From: Planctomycetota bacterium
GTDB taxonomy: Bacteria > Planctomycetota > UBA8108 > SXIK01
Assembly (NCBI GenBank): GCA_965223845.1
Contig: CBDCXR010000004.1
Coordinates: 1,088,001 to 1,152,000 of the forward strand
Direction: 5' to 3'
Length of the DNA: 64,000 nt
Position numbers and translations under genes: made by a program. Under the pieces are notes generated by a model that ran no database searches, had not been told where the DNA came from, and worked only from the letters and a program-made list of their open reading frames with translations. Of the stretch, positions 36,354-46,542 are shown piece by piece (the stretch's first letter is position 1; every line of letters begins with the position of its first letter).

Positions 36354-36922
36354 GTCGGCGCGTGAGACGTGAGCCCGTTCGTGCGCGTCGCGCGGTGGAG
36401 TACGCGGCGCTCTTCGCCGTCGCTGCGACGTTCTTCGTCACCGGCTGCGGCTACTCGCTCGGCTTTCGCGCTCCGGCGAACGTCGCCACGGTCGCGGTGC
36501 CGATCTTCGACAATCTGACCTTCCCGCTCCGCCGCGATGTCGAGTATGACCTGACTGCCGCCGTACGGCGGGAGTTGCTCGCTCGCACGGAGCTCGTCCT
36601 CGCCGATTCGGCAGTCGCCGACCTCGTCGTCCACGGCCGCATCCGGGATTTCGAGGATCGCGTGATCGCGGAGGGGCGGTTCGACGAGAAGATCGAAGCG
36701 AGTCTCCGCGTCGCGGTCGATCTCGTCGTCGAGGACCATCGCCGCGGAACACGGTGGGAGCAGTCCCTGCGGGCGACCGAGCCGTTTTCGGTCGAGCTCG
36801 GCGAGGCGCTCGACGACGCGCGCCGGCGCGTCGTCGCGATGCTCGCCGAGCGCATCGTGAACTCGCTCGACGGTTGGGACGGCGAGGACGACCCGGTGGA
36901 GGACGGCGGCGACGGTGTCTAA
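36350..36922 (+). CDS. lptE: LPS-assembly lipoprotein LptE-like
   Basis: GTG overlapping the bamD stop; TG-CGYSLG lipobox; TVAVPIFDNLT...VEYDLTAAVRREL; ADLVVHGRI. Confidence 0.8.
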   Translation: MSRRVRREPVRARRAVEYAALFAVAATFFVTGCGYSLGFRAPANVATVAVPIFDNLTFPLRRDVEYDLTAAVRRELLARTELVLADSAVADLVVHGRIRDFEDRVIAEGRFDEKIEASLRVAVDLVVEDHRRGTRWEQSLRATEPFSVELGEALDDARRRVVAMLAERIVNSLDGWDGEDDPVEDGGDGV

Positions 36923-37093
36923 ACCGGGGCCGAAAAACGCGCGCGCGAGCGCCGGGCAGGAGCTCGAGCAAGATGTTTCCGCCCCCTGCCGATTTCACAG
37001 TAGCTGCCGAATCGCCTCGTCGGATCAACGCAATCGCGGTTGACCGGGCCGAGGATTTCTCGCAGGGTACGCCGCGCCCTCGCGTCGGCCCCG

Positions 37094-37121
37094 TTGCAGG
37101 TGACCGAAAGATTCCCATAAT
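37094..37121 (+). promoter_or_regulatory. Putative sigma70 promoter upstream of the structured RNA and ftsH
   Basis: TTGCAG-16 nt-CATAAT. Confidence 0.45.
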
Positions 37122-37159
37122 AGGTACGTTCGGTGGGGGCGAGATCCTCCCCGGGCGAA

Positions 37160-37351
37160 CCGGCGTTAGCCCGAATGTCTCATCAGATTCTACTGCGCCA
37201 CCGTAAGTCGAGAACTGAGCATCGGATGTATCGCCGCCCTGATCCCCACTGTGCTAGGAGCACACCTCCGGTCAGCGCGGCGCCACCTCCTCGGCAGTTC
37301 CCGTCGTACGGCGGCTCGCCGATTCCGGTGAGACACCGAGCTGAGCGCCGG
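37160..37351 (+). ncRNA. 192-nt rod-shaped structured RNA, 6S RNA-like (alternatively an ftsH leader)
   Basis: Nested pairings: 37160-65/37346-51, 37166-73/37337-44, 37176-84/37327-35, 37197-205/37307-15, 37209-17/37295-303, 37232-44/37270-82, tip hairpin 37250-55/37259-64. Size and shape match 6S RNA. Strand inferred from the upstream promoter. Confidence 0.55.
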
Positions 37352-37386
37352 AACACCGGCAAACCGTGCCGCATTCAAGGTTGACT

Positions 37387-39552
37387 ATGTCCCCCCACCC
37401 GTCCGATTCGAACGATCCGGAGCCAACGCCGCGCCGAACCGCCCGCCCCGGTGGCGAAGACGGTTCCTCGAGTGGAGACGCCGACTCACCGGCGCGCGCG
37501 GACACGCGAAAGCCTCGCGCGTTTTTCCTCGTCTCGACACTGCTCGCCGTGCTCATCGGTGTCGCGCTTCTCTCCGATCCGAACGCGCTTCACAGCCGGA
37601 CGGAGACTCGCGAGCATGTCATCAAGCGCTACTTGAACGAAGGCGCGCTCGACACGGAGACGTTCGAGTTTCTGCGCGATACGCGCGTCTTTCGCGCGCG
37701 CGTGAAGCTCGACGAGAATAAGAAACCGATCGAGAAGGACGGGCAGGCGATCGTCGATAAGGGCGTCCGCGCGGTCGAGCTCCGATTCTCTACCGACGAG
37801 ACGATGGACACGTTCAAGCGTGAGTTCATCGACCCGCTCGAGAACGTGTCGGCACGAGTGCGTGAGTCTCCCGCCGCGATGTGGGAGATGCTGCTGCAAG
37901 TCGTCTTCTGGGTCGCGCTGATCTTTCTCTTCTACTTTCTTTTCTTCCGTCCGCTCCGCGGCCCCGGAGGGCCGGGAGGAGGCATCCTCTCCTTCAGCAA
38001 GAGCCGAGCGAAGCTCGTCCAAGAGAAGAGCGACGTTACGTTCGAAGACGTCGCGGGAATTGACGAGGCGAAGTCGCAGGTCTTCGAGATCGTCGAGTTC
38101 TTGCGCAACCCCGAGAAGTTCCAGCGCCTGGGCGGCCGTATCCCGAAGGGCGTGATGTTGATCGGCGCCCCCGGGACCGGAAAAACGCTGCTCGCGCGGG
38201 CGATCGCCGGTGAAGCTGGAGTGCCGTTCTTCAGCATCTGCGGCTCGGACTTCGTCGAAATGTTCGTCGGTGTGGGTGCTGCGCGCGTGCGCGATCTCTT
38301 CAAGCAGGCGCGCGAGCGCGCACCGTGTATCGTCTTCCTCGACGAGGTCGACGCGGTGGGGCGTCGGCGCGGCTCGGGTCTCGGAGGCGGACACGACGAG
38401 CGCGAGCAGACTCTCAACGCGATTCTTGTCGAGATGGACGGTTTCGAGTCGGACTCGGGGATCATTCTGGTTGCGGCGACCAACCGTCCTGACGTCCTCG
38501 ACCCCGCCCTCCTCCGTCCGGGTCGCTTCGACCGAGAGATCACGATGGACCTCCCGGATGTGGACGAGAGGAGGAAGATCCTCGAAGTCCACGTGGCGAA
38601 GGTGAAGATGGCGCCCGATGTCGATCTCGGTCGCATCGCGCGCGGCACGCCTACGTTTAGCGGCGCGGAGCTCGCGGCGCTCGTGAACGAGGCGGCGATC
38701 CTCGCCGCGATGCGCGACCAGGAGGCCATTCTCGAGAGTGATCTCGAGGAGGCGCGCGACCGAATTCGCTACGGAGTTCAGAAGAAGAGCCGCGTGATGG
38801 TCGATGAGGATCGGCGCATCACGGCGTACCACGAGGCCGGACACGCGATCGTGGCGCACTTGCTGCCCGAGGTCGAGCCGCTCCACAAGGTGACCATCAT
38901 TCCGCGCGGACCCGCACTCGGACTCACGATGCAGCTTCCTGAACGCGATCGGTATCACCTCTCGCGGAAGCAAGTCCTCGGCAATCTGAAGCTGCTCTAC
39001 GGCGGTCGCATCGCCGAGGAGCTCTTCTGCGGCGATGTCACCTCGGGAGCGTCGAGTGACATCCAGCGCGCCACGGACCTCGCCCGGCGGATGGTCTGCG
39101 AGTGGGGCATGTCGGACGCGCTGGGACCGATCCGTTACACGGAGAACGAGGAGACGCTCTTTCTCGGCCGGGAGGTCACACGCAGTCGCGACCACAGCGA
39201 CGAGGTCGCCCTCCGGATCGACGAGGAGGTGAGGCGCGTGGTCGACGATTGCTACGAGGCGACGCGCGAGCTCATCGTGTCGAACCGGGACGCGATCGAC
39301 CGCATCGCGCGGGCGCTTCTCGAGCGCGAGACGCTCACCGGCGACGATGTCGCGCGGCTCGTGCGGGGCGAGGAGCTCGACGATCCGAGCGATCCCGCCG
39401 ACGGCGCGCGAGGGGACTCGAGCGCCGTGTCGGCCGCGGCCGGATCCGGATCCATCGCGACTGCCGATGCCGAGGTCTCTCCGGACGGGTCGGCGAAGCG
39501 AAGTCCGGGCCCCGGCGGGATGGACTCTGGGGACGCGTCGCGGCTGCGATGA
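37387..39552 (+). CDS. ftsH: ATP-dependent zinc metalloprotease FtsH
   Basis: Two TMs; [42 protein letters not shown]. Start could be GTG 37366. Confidence 0.97.
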   Translation: MSPHPSDSNDPEPTPRRTARPGGEDGSSSGDADSPARADTRKPRAFFLVSTLLAVLIGVALLSDPNALHSRTETREHVIKRYLNEGALDTETFEFLRDTRVFRARVKLDENKKPIEKDGQAIVDKGVRAVELRFSTDETMDTFKREFIDPLENVSARVRESPAAMWEMLLQVVFWVALIFLFYFLFFRPLRGPGGPGGGILSFSKSRAKLVQEKSDVTFEDVAGIDEAKSQVFEIVEFLRNPEKFQRLGGRIPKGVMLIGAPGTGKTLLARAIAGEAGVPFFSICGSDFVEMFVGVGAARVRDLFKQARERAPCIVFLDEVDAVGRRRGSGLGGGHDEREQTLNAILVEMDGFESDSGIILVAATNRPDVLDPALLRPGRFDREITMDLPDVDERRKILEVHVAKVKMAPDVDLGRIARGTPTFSGAELAALVNEAAILAAMRDQEAILESDLEEARDRIRYGVQKKSRVMVDEDRRITAYHEAGHAIVAHLLPEVEPLHKVTIIPRGPALGLTMQLPERDRYHLSRKQVLGNLKLLYGGRIAEELFCGDVTSGASSDIQRATDLARRMVCEWGMSDALGPIRYTENEETLFLGREVTRSRDHSDEVALRIDEEVRRVVDDCYEATRELIVSNRDAIDRIARALLERETLTGDDVARLVRGEELDDPSDPADGARGDSSAVSAAAGSGSIATADAEVSPDGSAKRSPGPGGMDSGDASRLR

Positions 39553-39603
39553 TCCGGATCGACATCACGGCCGACGCCGCCCCGAGTCCGGGATGGAGTT
39601 CGC

Positions 39604-40506
39604 ATGGTTACCGGTGACGCGGCGGAAGAGACGCCCCGTCGGTGGACGCTGTCGCTTCCCCGCGGTCGAGCGTGGTCGATCGGGCCGCGGGTTCAGGTGC
39701 TCGGCGTGATCAACGTCACACCGGATTCGTTCTCCGACGGGGGGCGCTACCGAGATTCGGACGAAGCCGTCGACGCGGGGCTCGAGCTCCTCGCGGAGGG
39801 CGCGGACGCCCTCGACATCGGCGGCGAATCGACTCGCCCGGGGTCGGATCGCGTGAGTGCCCGCGAGCAGCTCCGGCGCGTTCTGCCGGTCCTCGAGCGT
39901 CTTCGCGAGGCGACCGATGCGCCGCTCTCGGTGGACACGTCCGATCCGGTTGTCGGCGCCGAGGTGCTCGCCTGCGGGGCCGATATGATCAACGATGTCG
40001 AAGGATTGAGGCGGCCAGAGTGGGGCCCTCTGCTCGCGGGACGCCCAGACGTTCCGGTCATCCTCATGCACATGCAGGGCACGCCGAAGACCATGCAGGA
40101 CTCTCCGAGCTATCCGCGCGGGGTGGTGCCCGAGATCCGCGACTACTTCGAGCGCGCCCTCGGCGCAGCGGAGCGGGCCGGGATCGCGAGCGAGCGCGTC
40201 ATCCTCGATCCCGGGGTCGGATTCGGGAAGCGCCTTCAGCACAACCTTCTGATCATCCGAGGTTTACACAGACTCCGGGTCGCGTCGCGCCCTCTCCTCG
40301 TGGGTCTCTCGCGAAAGGGTTTTATCGGCAAGCTGCTCTCGCGGGAGGCGCCGGAGCGAGACGTCGGCACGCTCGCCGCGAACGCCGCGGCGATCTTCTC
40401 TGGAGCTGATCTCCTCCGCGTGCACAATGCGCGGTATACGCGCGATCTGGTGGACATGGTCGCGGCAGTTCGGGGCGTGGGGGAGCGGGAAGCCGACGAG
40501 GTGTGA
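39604..40506 (+). CDS. folP: Dihydropteroate synthase
   Basis: GVINVTPDSFSDGG, DIGGESTRPG, DPGVGFGK, SRKGFIG, RVHN. Confidence 0.96.
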   Translation: MVTGDAAEETPRRWTLSLPRGRAWSIGPRVQVLGVINVTPDSFSDGGRYRDSDEAVDAGLELLAEGADALDIGGESTRPGSDRVSAREQLRRVLPVLERLREATDAPLSVDTSDPVVGAEVLACGADMINDVEGLRRPEWGPLLAGRPDVPVILMHMQGTPKTMQDSPSYPRGVVPEIRDYFERALGAAERAGIASERVILDPGVGFGKRLQHNLLIIRGLHRLRVASRPLLVGLSRKGFIGKLLSREAPERDVGTLAANAAAIFSGADLLRVHNARYTRDLVDMVAAVRGVGEREADEV

Positions 40507-40510
40507 AGCG

Positions 40511-41371
40511 ATGGCCGAGCTGTTCGAGAGTCTGCGCTCGTTCTTCGGGCCGATCCATCTCGAATACGCACTCGAGATTCTGATCATCTATCTTCTCGTC
40601 TACACCTTCTTCCGCTTCATGGAAGGAACGCGCGGCGAGGGACTGCTGAAAGGAATCGCGCTGGTGATCCTCACGGTGCCGATTCTGCTCGCGATCGTTG
40701 CCGACCGGTTCGACGTCCTCGATCGCCTGCTCGTGATCATGAAGTTCTTCGGCGCGACGGCGATTCCCGTGATCGTCATCATCGTTCAGCCGGAGCTCCG
40801 GCGCGCACTCATCCGCCTCGGGCAGACGCGTATCTTCGGTCTCTTCCTCAAGGGAGAGACCGAGGGAATGGTGGAGGAGATCGTCAAGGCGACGTTTCGC
40901 ATGTCGCGGCGAAAGATCGGTGCCCTGATCGCCATCGAGCGCGAGGTCGGACTCAAGAACTACGTCGAGCGCGGCACACCGATCGACGGTGTCGTCTCGA
41001 ACGAGCTTCTCTCTACGATCTTTTTCCCCGGCTCCGATCTTCACGACGGTGCGGTCATCGTTCAGAAGGAGCGGATCGCCGCGGCGGGCTGTCTCTTCCC
41101 GTTGAGTGACAACCCGAGCCTCGGGAATATCCTCGGGACGCGGCATCGCGCGGCGCTCGGGATCACCGAAGAAACCGATGCGATCGTCGTCGTGGTTTCG
41201 GAGGAGACGGGAAGCGTCTCCTTCGCGCACGGCGGCCAGCTCGAGCGGTCCCTCGACGTCGAACAACTCCGTCAGCTTCTCCGGAGATACTACGCTCAGC
41301 TCGAGGAGGCCGAAGTGTTCGAGGCCGCCGTCGCCGAGACGCCGGAGACGGCGTCGGGAGGTCGCGTATGA
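40511..41371 (+). CDS. cdaA: Membrane diadenylate cyclase CdaA/DacA
   Basis: Three N-terminal TMs; QPELRRAL, LHDGAVI (DGA), GTRHRAALG (RHR), VSEETG. Confidence 0.93.
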   Translation: MAELFESLRSFFGPIHLEYALEILIIYLLVYTFFRFMEGTRGEGLLKGIALVILTVPILLAIVADRFDVLDRLLVIMKFFGATAIPVIVIIVQPELRRALIRLGQTRIFGLFLKGETEGMVEEIVKATFRMSRRKIGALIAIEREVGLKNYVERGTPIDGVVSNELLSTIFFPGSDLHDGAVIVQKERIAAAGCLFPLSDNPSLGNILGTRHRAALGITEETDAIVVVVSEETGSVSFAHGGQLERSLDVEQLRQLLRRYYAQLEEAEVFEAAVAETPETASGGRV

Positions 41372-42453
41372 GGTGGCTCCGCGGGGTCTTTCTCGAGAAC
41401 TGGCGAAACAAGGGGATCGCGCTCTTCTTCGCCGTCGCGATCTGGGTGGTCGCGTTTCAGTCGGAGCGCCAGAGCCTCAGTGACGAATTCCGCGTTGAAT
41501 TCGCTCCGGAAGATGCCAGCGCGCAGGTGATCACCGCTCTCCGCCGTCCGCCGCGTGCGGGCGAAGAGGGCGGCGAAAAGGCGTTTGAAGGGCGCGTGCA
41601 AATCGAACTCTCCGGCCCGCGGAAGCAGATCGAAGAGCTCGTCCAGCGCGTGCAGCTCTCCCGCGCTCCGTTTCGCATTCCCGTCCCTCCGGAATCGGAA
41701 GTGTACCACACGTTCTCGCGGAAGGACTTCGAGCTCGAGCGGACGGGAATCACCATCGAGTCGGTCTGGCCGAGCGGGATCCGCATCGCGCAGGATCGGC
41801 AATCCTCGATCACGATGTCCGACCTCGAGAGTCGCGTCTCGGTGACGGAGTTCCCACGCGGATACGAAGTCGTGTCGACGCGAGTCGAGCCGAGCACGGT
41901 GACAATTCGAGGACCGGAATCGATCCTCGCATCGGTCGGTCTCTCGATTCCGTACGCGGCCGGGAACCGACTCAACAGCGAGAGCGAAGTCGACGTCGAG
42001 GTCCACTCGACGGACGAATCGAACGCCGAACTCGTCGCGGAGTTCGTGAAGGTCGTTCCCCGCAAGGTCAAAGTGACCGTCGTTCTCCAGCGCCGGACCG
42101 CGACCTTCGCTCTCGACGCGGTGCCGGTCACGTTCATCGTTCCGCCGCCTCAGGTGCCCATCCGAATCCTGAGCGACGACTTGGGCGACGGCTCGATCCC
42201 GGTCGAGTTTCGCGGGCCGCAGGATCAGATCGAGCGACTCAAGACGGCGGCTCAGGATCCGGCGTTCTCGGTGAGCGTGCGCGTTCCGCGACTCCAGCCC
42301 GGCGAGGAAACCGTGCATACGTTCACCGAGGAGATCCTCGAGCTGTACGATTTCCCGGGTGTGCAGATGCGGCAGCACCCGACGCGCCGCGACGAGAAGA
42401 AGGGGCCCTGGACGTATCAGGTCGTTCCCGTGACGAGCGAGACCGGGAACTGA
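41368..42453 (+). CDS. cdaR: CdaR/YbbR-like regulator
   Basis: ENWRNKGIALFFAVAIW N-terminal anchor; repeated V.I.GP units (IELSGP, VTIRGP, VEFRGP); located between cdaA and glmM. Confidence 0.75.
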   Translation: MRWLRGVFLENWRNKGIALFFAVAIWVVAFQSERQSLSDEFRVEFAPEDASAQVITALRRPPRAGEEGGEKAFEGRVQIELSGPRKQIEELVQRVQLSRAPFRIPVPPESEVYHTFSRKDFELERTGITIESVWPSGIRIAQDRQSSITMSDLESRVSVTEFPRGYEVVSTRVEPSTVTIRGPESILASVGLSIPYAAGNRLNSESEVDVEVHSTDESNAELVAEFVKVVPRKVKVTVVLQRRTATFALDAVPVTFIVPPPQVPIRILSDDLGDGSIPVEFRGPQDQIERLKTAAQDPAFSVSVRVPRLQPGEETVHTFTEEILELYDFPGVQMRQHPTRRDEKKGPWTYQVVPVTSETGN

Positions 42454-42460
42454 GGCCGCG

Positions 42461-43852
42461 ATGAACGCCCCCTCCGAGCTGCCTCCGCGAGTCTTTGGAA
42501 CCGATGGTGTGCGCGCCCGCTTCGGCGAGGGCGCTCTCGCCGGAGACGCGGTCGCTCGCCTCCTCACCGCTACGGCGCGGGTGCTCGAGTCGCCGGAGCG
42601 GTTCTCCGAAGATTTTCCCGCGGGCGCCGGCGACTCGATCGTCGTCGGGCGCGACACCCGCGCCTCCGGCGGCGAGCTGCTCGCAGCGATGGGATCGGTC
42701 TTTCCCCTTCACGGCTACGATGTTCTCGATCTGGGCGTCTTGCCGACCCCGGGGGTCGCGCACGTCGCCAAAGCGTGGGATGGAGTCGCTCTCGGTGTCG
42801 TCCTCTCCGCGTCTCACAATCCCGCCGAGTACAACGGGATCAAGTTCTTCTCGCCCACCGGGGCCAAGATCTCACCCGAGTTCGAACGGGCGGTCGAGGC
42901 CGAGATCGCACGCCTCGAGCGCATGGATTCGGCCGACGCGCCCCAGCTCGTCGACCGCAGCGCCGAAGCCCGAGAGCTCTACGTCGCCCACCTCGTCGAG
43001 TTGTGCTGGCGACCGGAGCGGCTCGCGGGCCGGCGGATTTGCCTCGACGCCGCGCACGGCGCCACCTACGAGGTCGCGCCGGAGGTGTTCCGTCGGCTTG
43101 GAATGGACGTCACGGTCGTCGGGGACCAGCCCGACGGGAAGAACATCAACGACGGTGTGGGCGCGCTTCACCCCGAGGCGCTCGCCGAGCTCGCTGCGCG
43201 CCAAGGCGCTGCGCTCGGCCTCTGCTTCGACGGCGACGGCGACCGGATGATCCCAGTCGGCGGAAGAGGAACCGTCTTCGACGGCGACTTCGTGCTCGCC
43301 CTCGCCGGCCGGCGCTTCCGCGCGGACGGCCAGCTGCCGAACGCGGCGATCGTCGCAACGGTGATGTCGAACGTCGGGCTCGAGCTCTCGCTCCGGGAGG
43401 CGGGAATCGAGCTCCTCCGCACGGATGTCGGCGATCGGAATGTCTACCTGGAGATGCTCGCGGGGAACCACCCGATCGGCGGAGAACAGTCCGGCCACAC
43501 GATCTTCATCGCCGACGGACGAACGGGTGACGGGATCCTCTCGGGCATCCGTCTTCTCGATGTCCTCTCCGGTGGTGAACTCGACCTCGAGACCGAGGCG
43601 CAGATCATGACGCGCCTGCCGCAGACGCTCCAAAACGTCACGGTCGAGAAGAAGCGTCCGTTCGAGGAGCTCGCGGGCGTACTCGAGTCGGTCGCAGCGG
43701 TCGAATCCGAGCTGGGCGACTCGGGCCGCGTGCTTCTCCGTTACTCGGGCACCGAGCCGCTCGCACGCGTCATGGTGGAGGCGCCGACGCGAGCGCTCGC
43801 GGAGTCGAGCGCCGGATCGATCTGCGCGGCCATTCGGCGCGCGTTCGAGTAA
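42461..43852 (+). CDS. glmM: Phosphoglucosamine mutase
   Basis: FGTDGVR, GRDTRASG, SASHNP, DGDGDR, TVMSN, GGEQSGH, RYSGTEPLARVMVE. Confidence 0.95.
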   Translation: MNAPSELPPRVFGTDGVRARFGEGALAGDAVARLLTATARVLESPERFSEDFPAGAGDSIVVGRDTRASGGELLAAMGSVFPLHGYDVLDLGVLPTPGVAHVAKAWDGVALGVVLSASHNPAEYNGIKFFSPTGAKISPEFERAVEAEIARLERMDSADAPQLVDRSAEARELYVAHLVELCWRPERLAGRRICLDAAHGATYEVAPEVFRRLGMDVTVVGDQPDGKNINDGVGALHPEALAELAARQGAALGLCFDGDGDRMIPVGGRGTVFDGDFVLALAGRRFRADGQLPNAAIVATVMSNVGLELSLREAGIELLRTDVGDRNVYLEMLAGNHPIGGEQSGHTIFIADGRTGDGILSGIRLLDVLSGGELDLETEAQIMTRLPQTLQNVTVEKKRPFEELAGVLESVAAVESELGDSGRVLLRYSGTEPLARVMVEAPTRALAESSAGSICAAIRRAFE

Positions 43853-43861
43853 GGCGAACTC

Positions 43862-44728
43862 TCAGAGAAGGCCTTGCTCCGTGAGGAGATTGCGCAGCTT
43901 CTCTTCGTTCGCCTGGGCGAGCGGCGTGAGCGGAAGCCGAATCTCCTCCGACGTCAATCCGAGGAGTGCGGTGGCGCGCTTCACGGGGATCGGGCTCGTC
44001 TCCATGAAGAGTCCGGTGAAGAGGGGAAACAGCTTAAGATGCAGCTCGCGTGCGCCCAGAAAGTCGCCGGCGAGCGCCGCTCGCGTCATGTCTGAGACGG
44101 CGCGGGGAGCGACGTTCGCGGCGACGGAAATCACCCCCTTCGCTCCGAGCAGCATCAGCGGGAGGGTCAGTGAGTCGTCACCGGAGAGCACGGTGAGATC
44201 CGAGCCGAGCAGGATCTCCACGCTCTGATCGATGCTCCCGCTCGCCTCCTTGATCCCGACCACGCCCGGAAGGCTCGCACACTCGATCACCGTCTCGGGT
44301 CGCATGTCGACCTGCGTTCGCGACGGGACGTTGTAGAGCACGAGTGGGATCGACGTGCCCCCCGCGATCGCTTCGTAGTGGCGGACGAGGCCGTCCTGGG
44401 TGGGCTTGTTGTAGTACGGCGTGATGAGAAGCGCCCCGTCGGCCCCGACGTCCTGTGCGAAGCGCGTGAGCCGGATCGCTTCCGCGGTGTTGTTGGATCC
44501 CGTGCCCGCGAGAACTTTGATCCTTCCCTCTGCGCGCCGAACGACGGCTCCGATCACCTGCTCGTGCTCGTCATGGCTCATCGTCGCGGATTCGCCGGTC
44601 GTACCGCAGGGTACGATGCCGTCCGTTCCGTTCTCGACGTGGAACTCGACGAGTCGATCGAGCCGGTCGAAGTCGATCTTCCCGTCCCGAAACGGCGTGA
44701 CGAGTGCTACGTACGATCCGGTGAACAT
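43862..44728 (-). CDS. dapA: 4-hydroxy-tetrahydrodipicolinate synthase
   Basis: ALVTPF, CGTTGESAT, TPYYNKP, LYNVPSRT, GIKEASG, SGDD. Confidence 0.97.
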   Translation of the reverse strand: MFTGSYVALVTPFRDGKIDFDRLDRLVEFHVENGTDGIVPCGTTGESATMSHDEHEQVIGAVVRRAEGRIKVLAGTGSNNTAEAIRLTRFAQDVGADGALLITPYYNKPTQDGLVRHYEAIAGGTSIPLVLYNVPSRTQVDMRPETVIECASLPGVVGIKEASGSIDQSVEILLGSDLTVLSGDDSLTLPLMLLGAKGVISVAANVAPRAVSDMTRAALAGDFLGARELHLKLFPLFTGLFMETSPIPVKRATALLGLTSEEIRLPLTPLAQANEEKLRNLLTEQGLL

Positions 44729-44810
44729 CGTTTCCCCTCGGGTGTCCCTTCGACTCGCACCGCTCGAGCACCGCCAAACTCGAACCGAGGGGAGATCTTA
44801 TCCGACGCGG

Positions 44811-45821
44811 TCAACTCGGGAAGAAGAATCTCCGCCCGAGGCTCGGCTTGAATTCGCTCCAGCGCCCGCGCTCGCCGGTCGACTCCCCTCTCGACTCCGG
44901 CGCGTCGCTCAGCGAACGGCGCATGTCGCGAAGCGACGCGAGCTTGGCGTCGAGGTCGTCGAGGGCGTGAAACGCCGTCGCCTCCGGCGTCATCGGCTGC
45001 TTGAGCGCACCCCGCTCCGGCTCGCCGTGGTGACTCGCCACGATGTGTTCCACGTGAGCGTGAAGCTCGGCGGGAAAGCCCGAGACCGACGCGACCTTCT
45101 CCGCGATGATCCCGAGACCGATTCCGATGTGACCGACGAGCTGTCCGCGGTCGGTGTATCCGAACGCACCTCCCCACTGAAGCTCGCGCACCTTTCCGAT
45201 GTCGTGGAGAATCGACGCCGCGATCAAGACGTCCCGGTCGAGCTCGGGATAATTGGGCGCGAGACGGTCGACGGACCGTGCGATCGAGAGGACGTGTTCG
45301 AGGAGACCGCCGAGATAGGCGTGGTGGAGCGTCTTTCCGGCGGGCGCGCGGAGGAGACCCCGGCGGAGTTCCGAGTCGTCGAGGATCGCTTCGAGGAGAC
45401 CGCGGAGGTGCGGATTCTCGACGGACTCAACGAGCGCGACGAGCTCGCGCTCCATCTCGTCGATCGGACGCTCCGAGTGCGGGAGGAACTCCTCGAACGG
45501 AATCGAATCGTCTCCGACCGGCGCGATGGAGTCGACGACGACCTGCGGGTTTTGCTGAAACTCCTCGACGCGGCCGCTCACACGGACGAAGGCTCCGCCG
45601 GAAAGAGAGCGGTACAGCGCTTCGGTCGCTTCCCACCGCACCGCGCGAACGGAACCCGTACGATCGCGGAGGTACATTTGGAGGAAGTATTTGCCGTCGC
45701 GAGTCTGTTTGAAATTGAGCGACTCGAGGAGATAGATCGCGTCGCGGACTTTGCCCCCCTTGGCGAGGTCACGCAGGGGAGTCGGTGCCCGGTTCGGTTC
45801 GGCGGAGCGCTCTTCGATCAT
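44811..45821 (-). CDS. yhaM: YhaM/Cbf1-family 3'-5' exoribonuclease (OB-fold + HD domain)
   Basis: N-terminal OB fold (GKYFLQMYLRDRTG); APAGKTLHHAYLGGLLEH, LHDIGK, GQLVGHI, SHHG, LDDLDAK. Confidence 0.88.
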   Translation of the reverse strand: MIEERSAEPNRAPTPLRDLAKGGKVRDAIYLLESLNFKQTRDGKYFLQMYLRDRTGSVRAVRWEATEALYRSLSGGAFVRVSGRVEEFQQNPQVVVDSIAPVGDDSIPFEEFLPHSERPIDEMERELVALVESVENPHLRGLLEAILDDSELRRGLLRAPAGKTLHHAYLGGLLEHVLSIARSVDRLAPNYPELDRDVLIAASILHDIGKVRELQWGGAFGYTDRGQLVGHIGIGLGIIAEKVASVSGFPAELHAHVEHIVASHHGEPERGALKQPMTPEATAFHALDDLDAKLASLRDMRRSLSDAPESRGESTGERGRWSEFKPSLGRRFFFPS

Positions 45822-46183
45822 CGTGGTCTATCGCTGTCGCTTCGTCTCGGGTCGAGACGACGAGAGAATCTCGGCGCGTGGGAGATCCGCGCTCGGCGGG
45901 CGCCCACGGCGGGCCGGCCGTCGTCCCGTCTCGACTGCCCGCACGTCGCCTTACGGTGGGAGGCTCGCCACCCCGGCGCCTCCGGTGCGCGCGCGAACGG
46001 CGTTTGCCGCCGATCGACGGAGACGTTGTACCGAGCGCGGACGTCGGCGTAAAGGTCCGTCGGCGGGCGTGAGAGGGGGGAAGGACGCCGTCTGGAGGCG
46101 ATCGCGACCCAGTCGGGGGCCGGCGCGAAACTTGCACGGGACTCTCGCGGCCGTCCTCCGGGCTCTCTCAACTTCGATCGATG

Positions 46184-46212
46184 TTGGAGCGGTTCGCGGG
46201 ATGGTCTATAAT
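46184..46212 (+). promoter_or_regulatory. Putative sigma70 promoter
   Basis: TTGGAG-17 nt-TATAAT in the divergent intergenic region. Confidence 0.55.
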
Positions 46213-46542
46213 CGGAACTGATCGTCATCCGCCAGCGGCTGACTGAGAGAACCCACCCCCAGCCGATCGGAACGCCCTCCTCGGTCCGGTTCGTTGTTCC
46301 GCGTCGACCCGAAGGCGCGCACTCCCGATCGGCGATCCGTCCTACCGTCTTCGAACGCAACACGGCCTGCGCCGTCGAACGTCCGCTCGAGCGAGACGTG
46401 CGACGCGAGTCCTTCTGTCCGGATCCCGTACCCCGCGATCCGGATGGCGTCCATCCAGCGACCGACGCGCGTCGGTCGTTCGTGGACGGCCCAGGACGCG
46501 GCCACCTGCTCTGCCCAACCGAGACCTCAGTCGAGACCACCG

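Noticed and set aside
37135-37351. tmRNA, SRP RNA or RNase P RNA as the identity of the structured region
   Set aside because: GGGGGCGA resembles a tmRNA 5' end, but there is no T-arm/CCA 3' end. The SRP helix-8 motif and the RNase P GAGGAAAGUCC motif are also absent.
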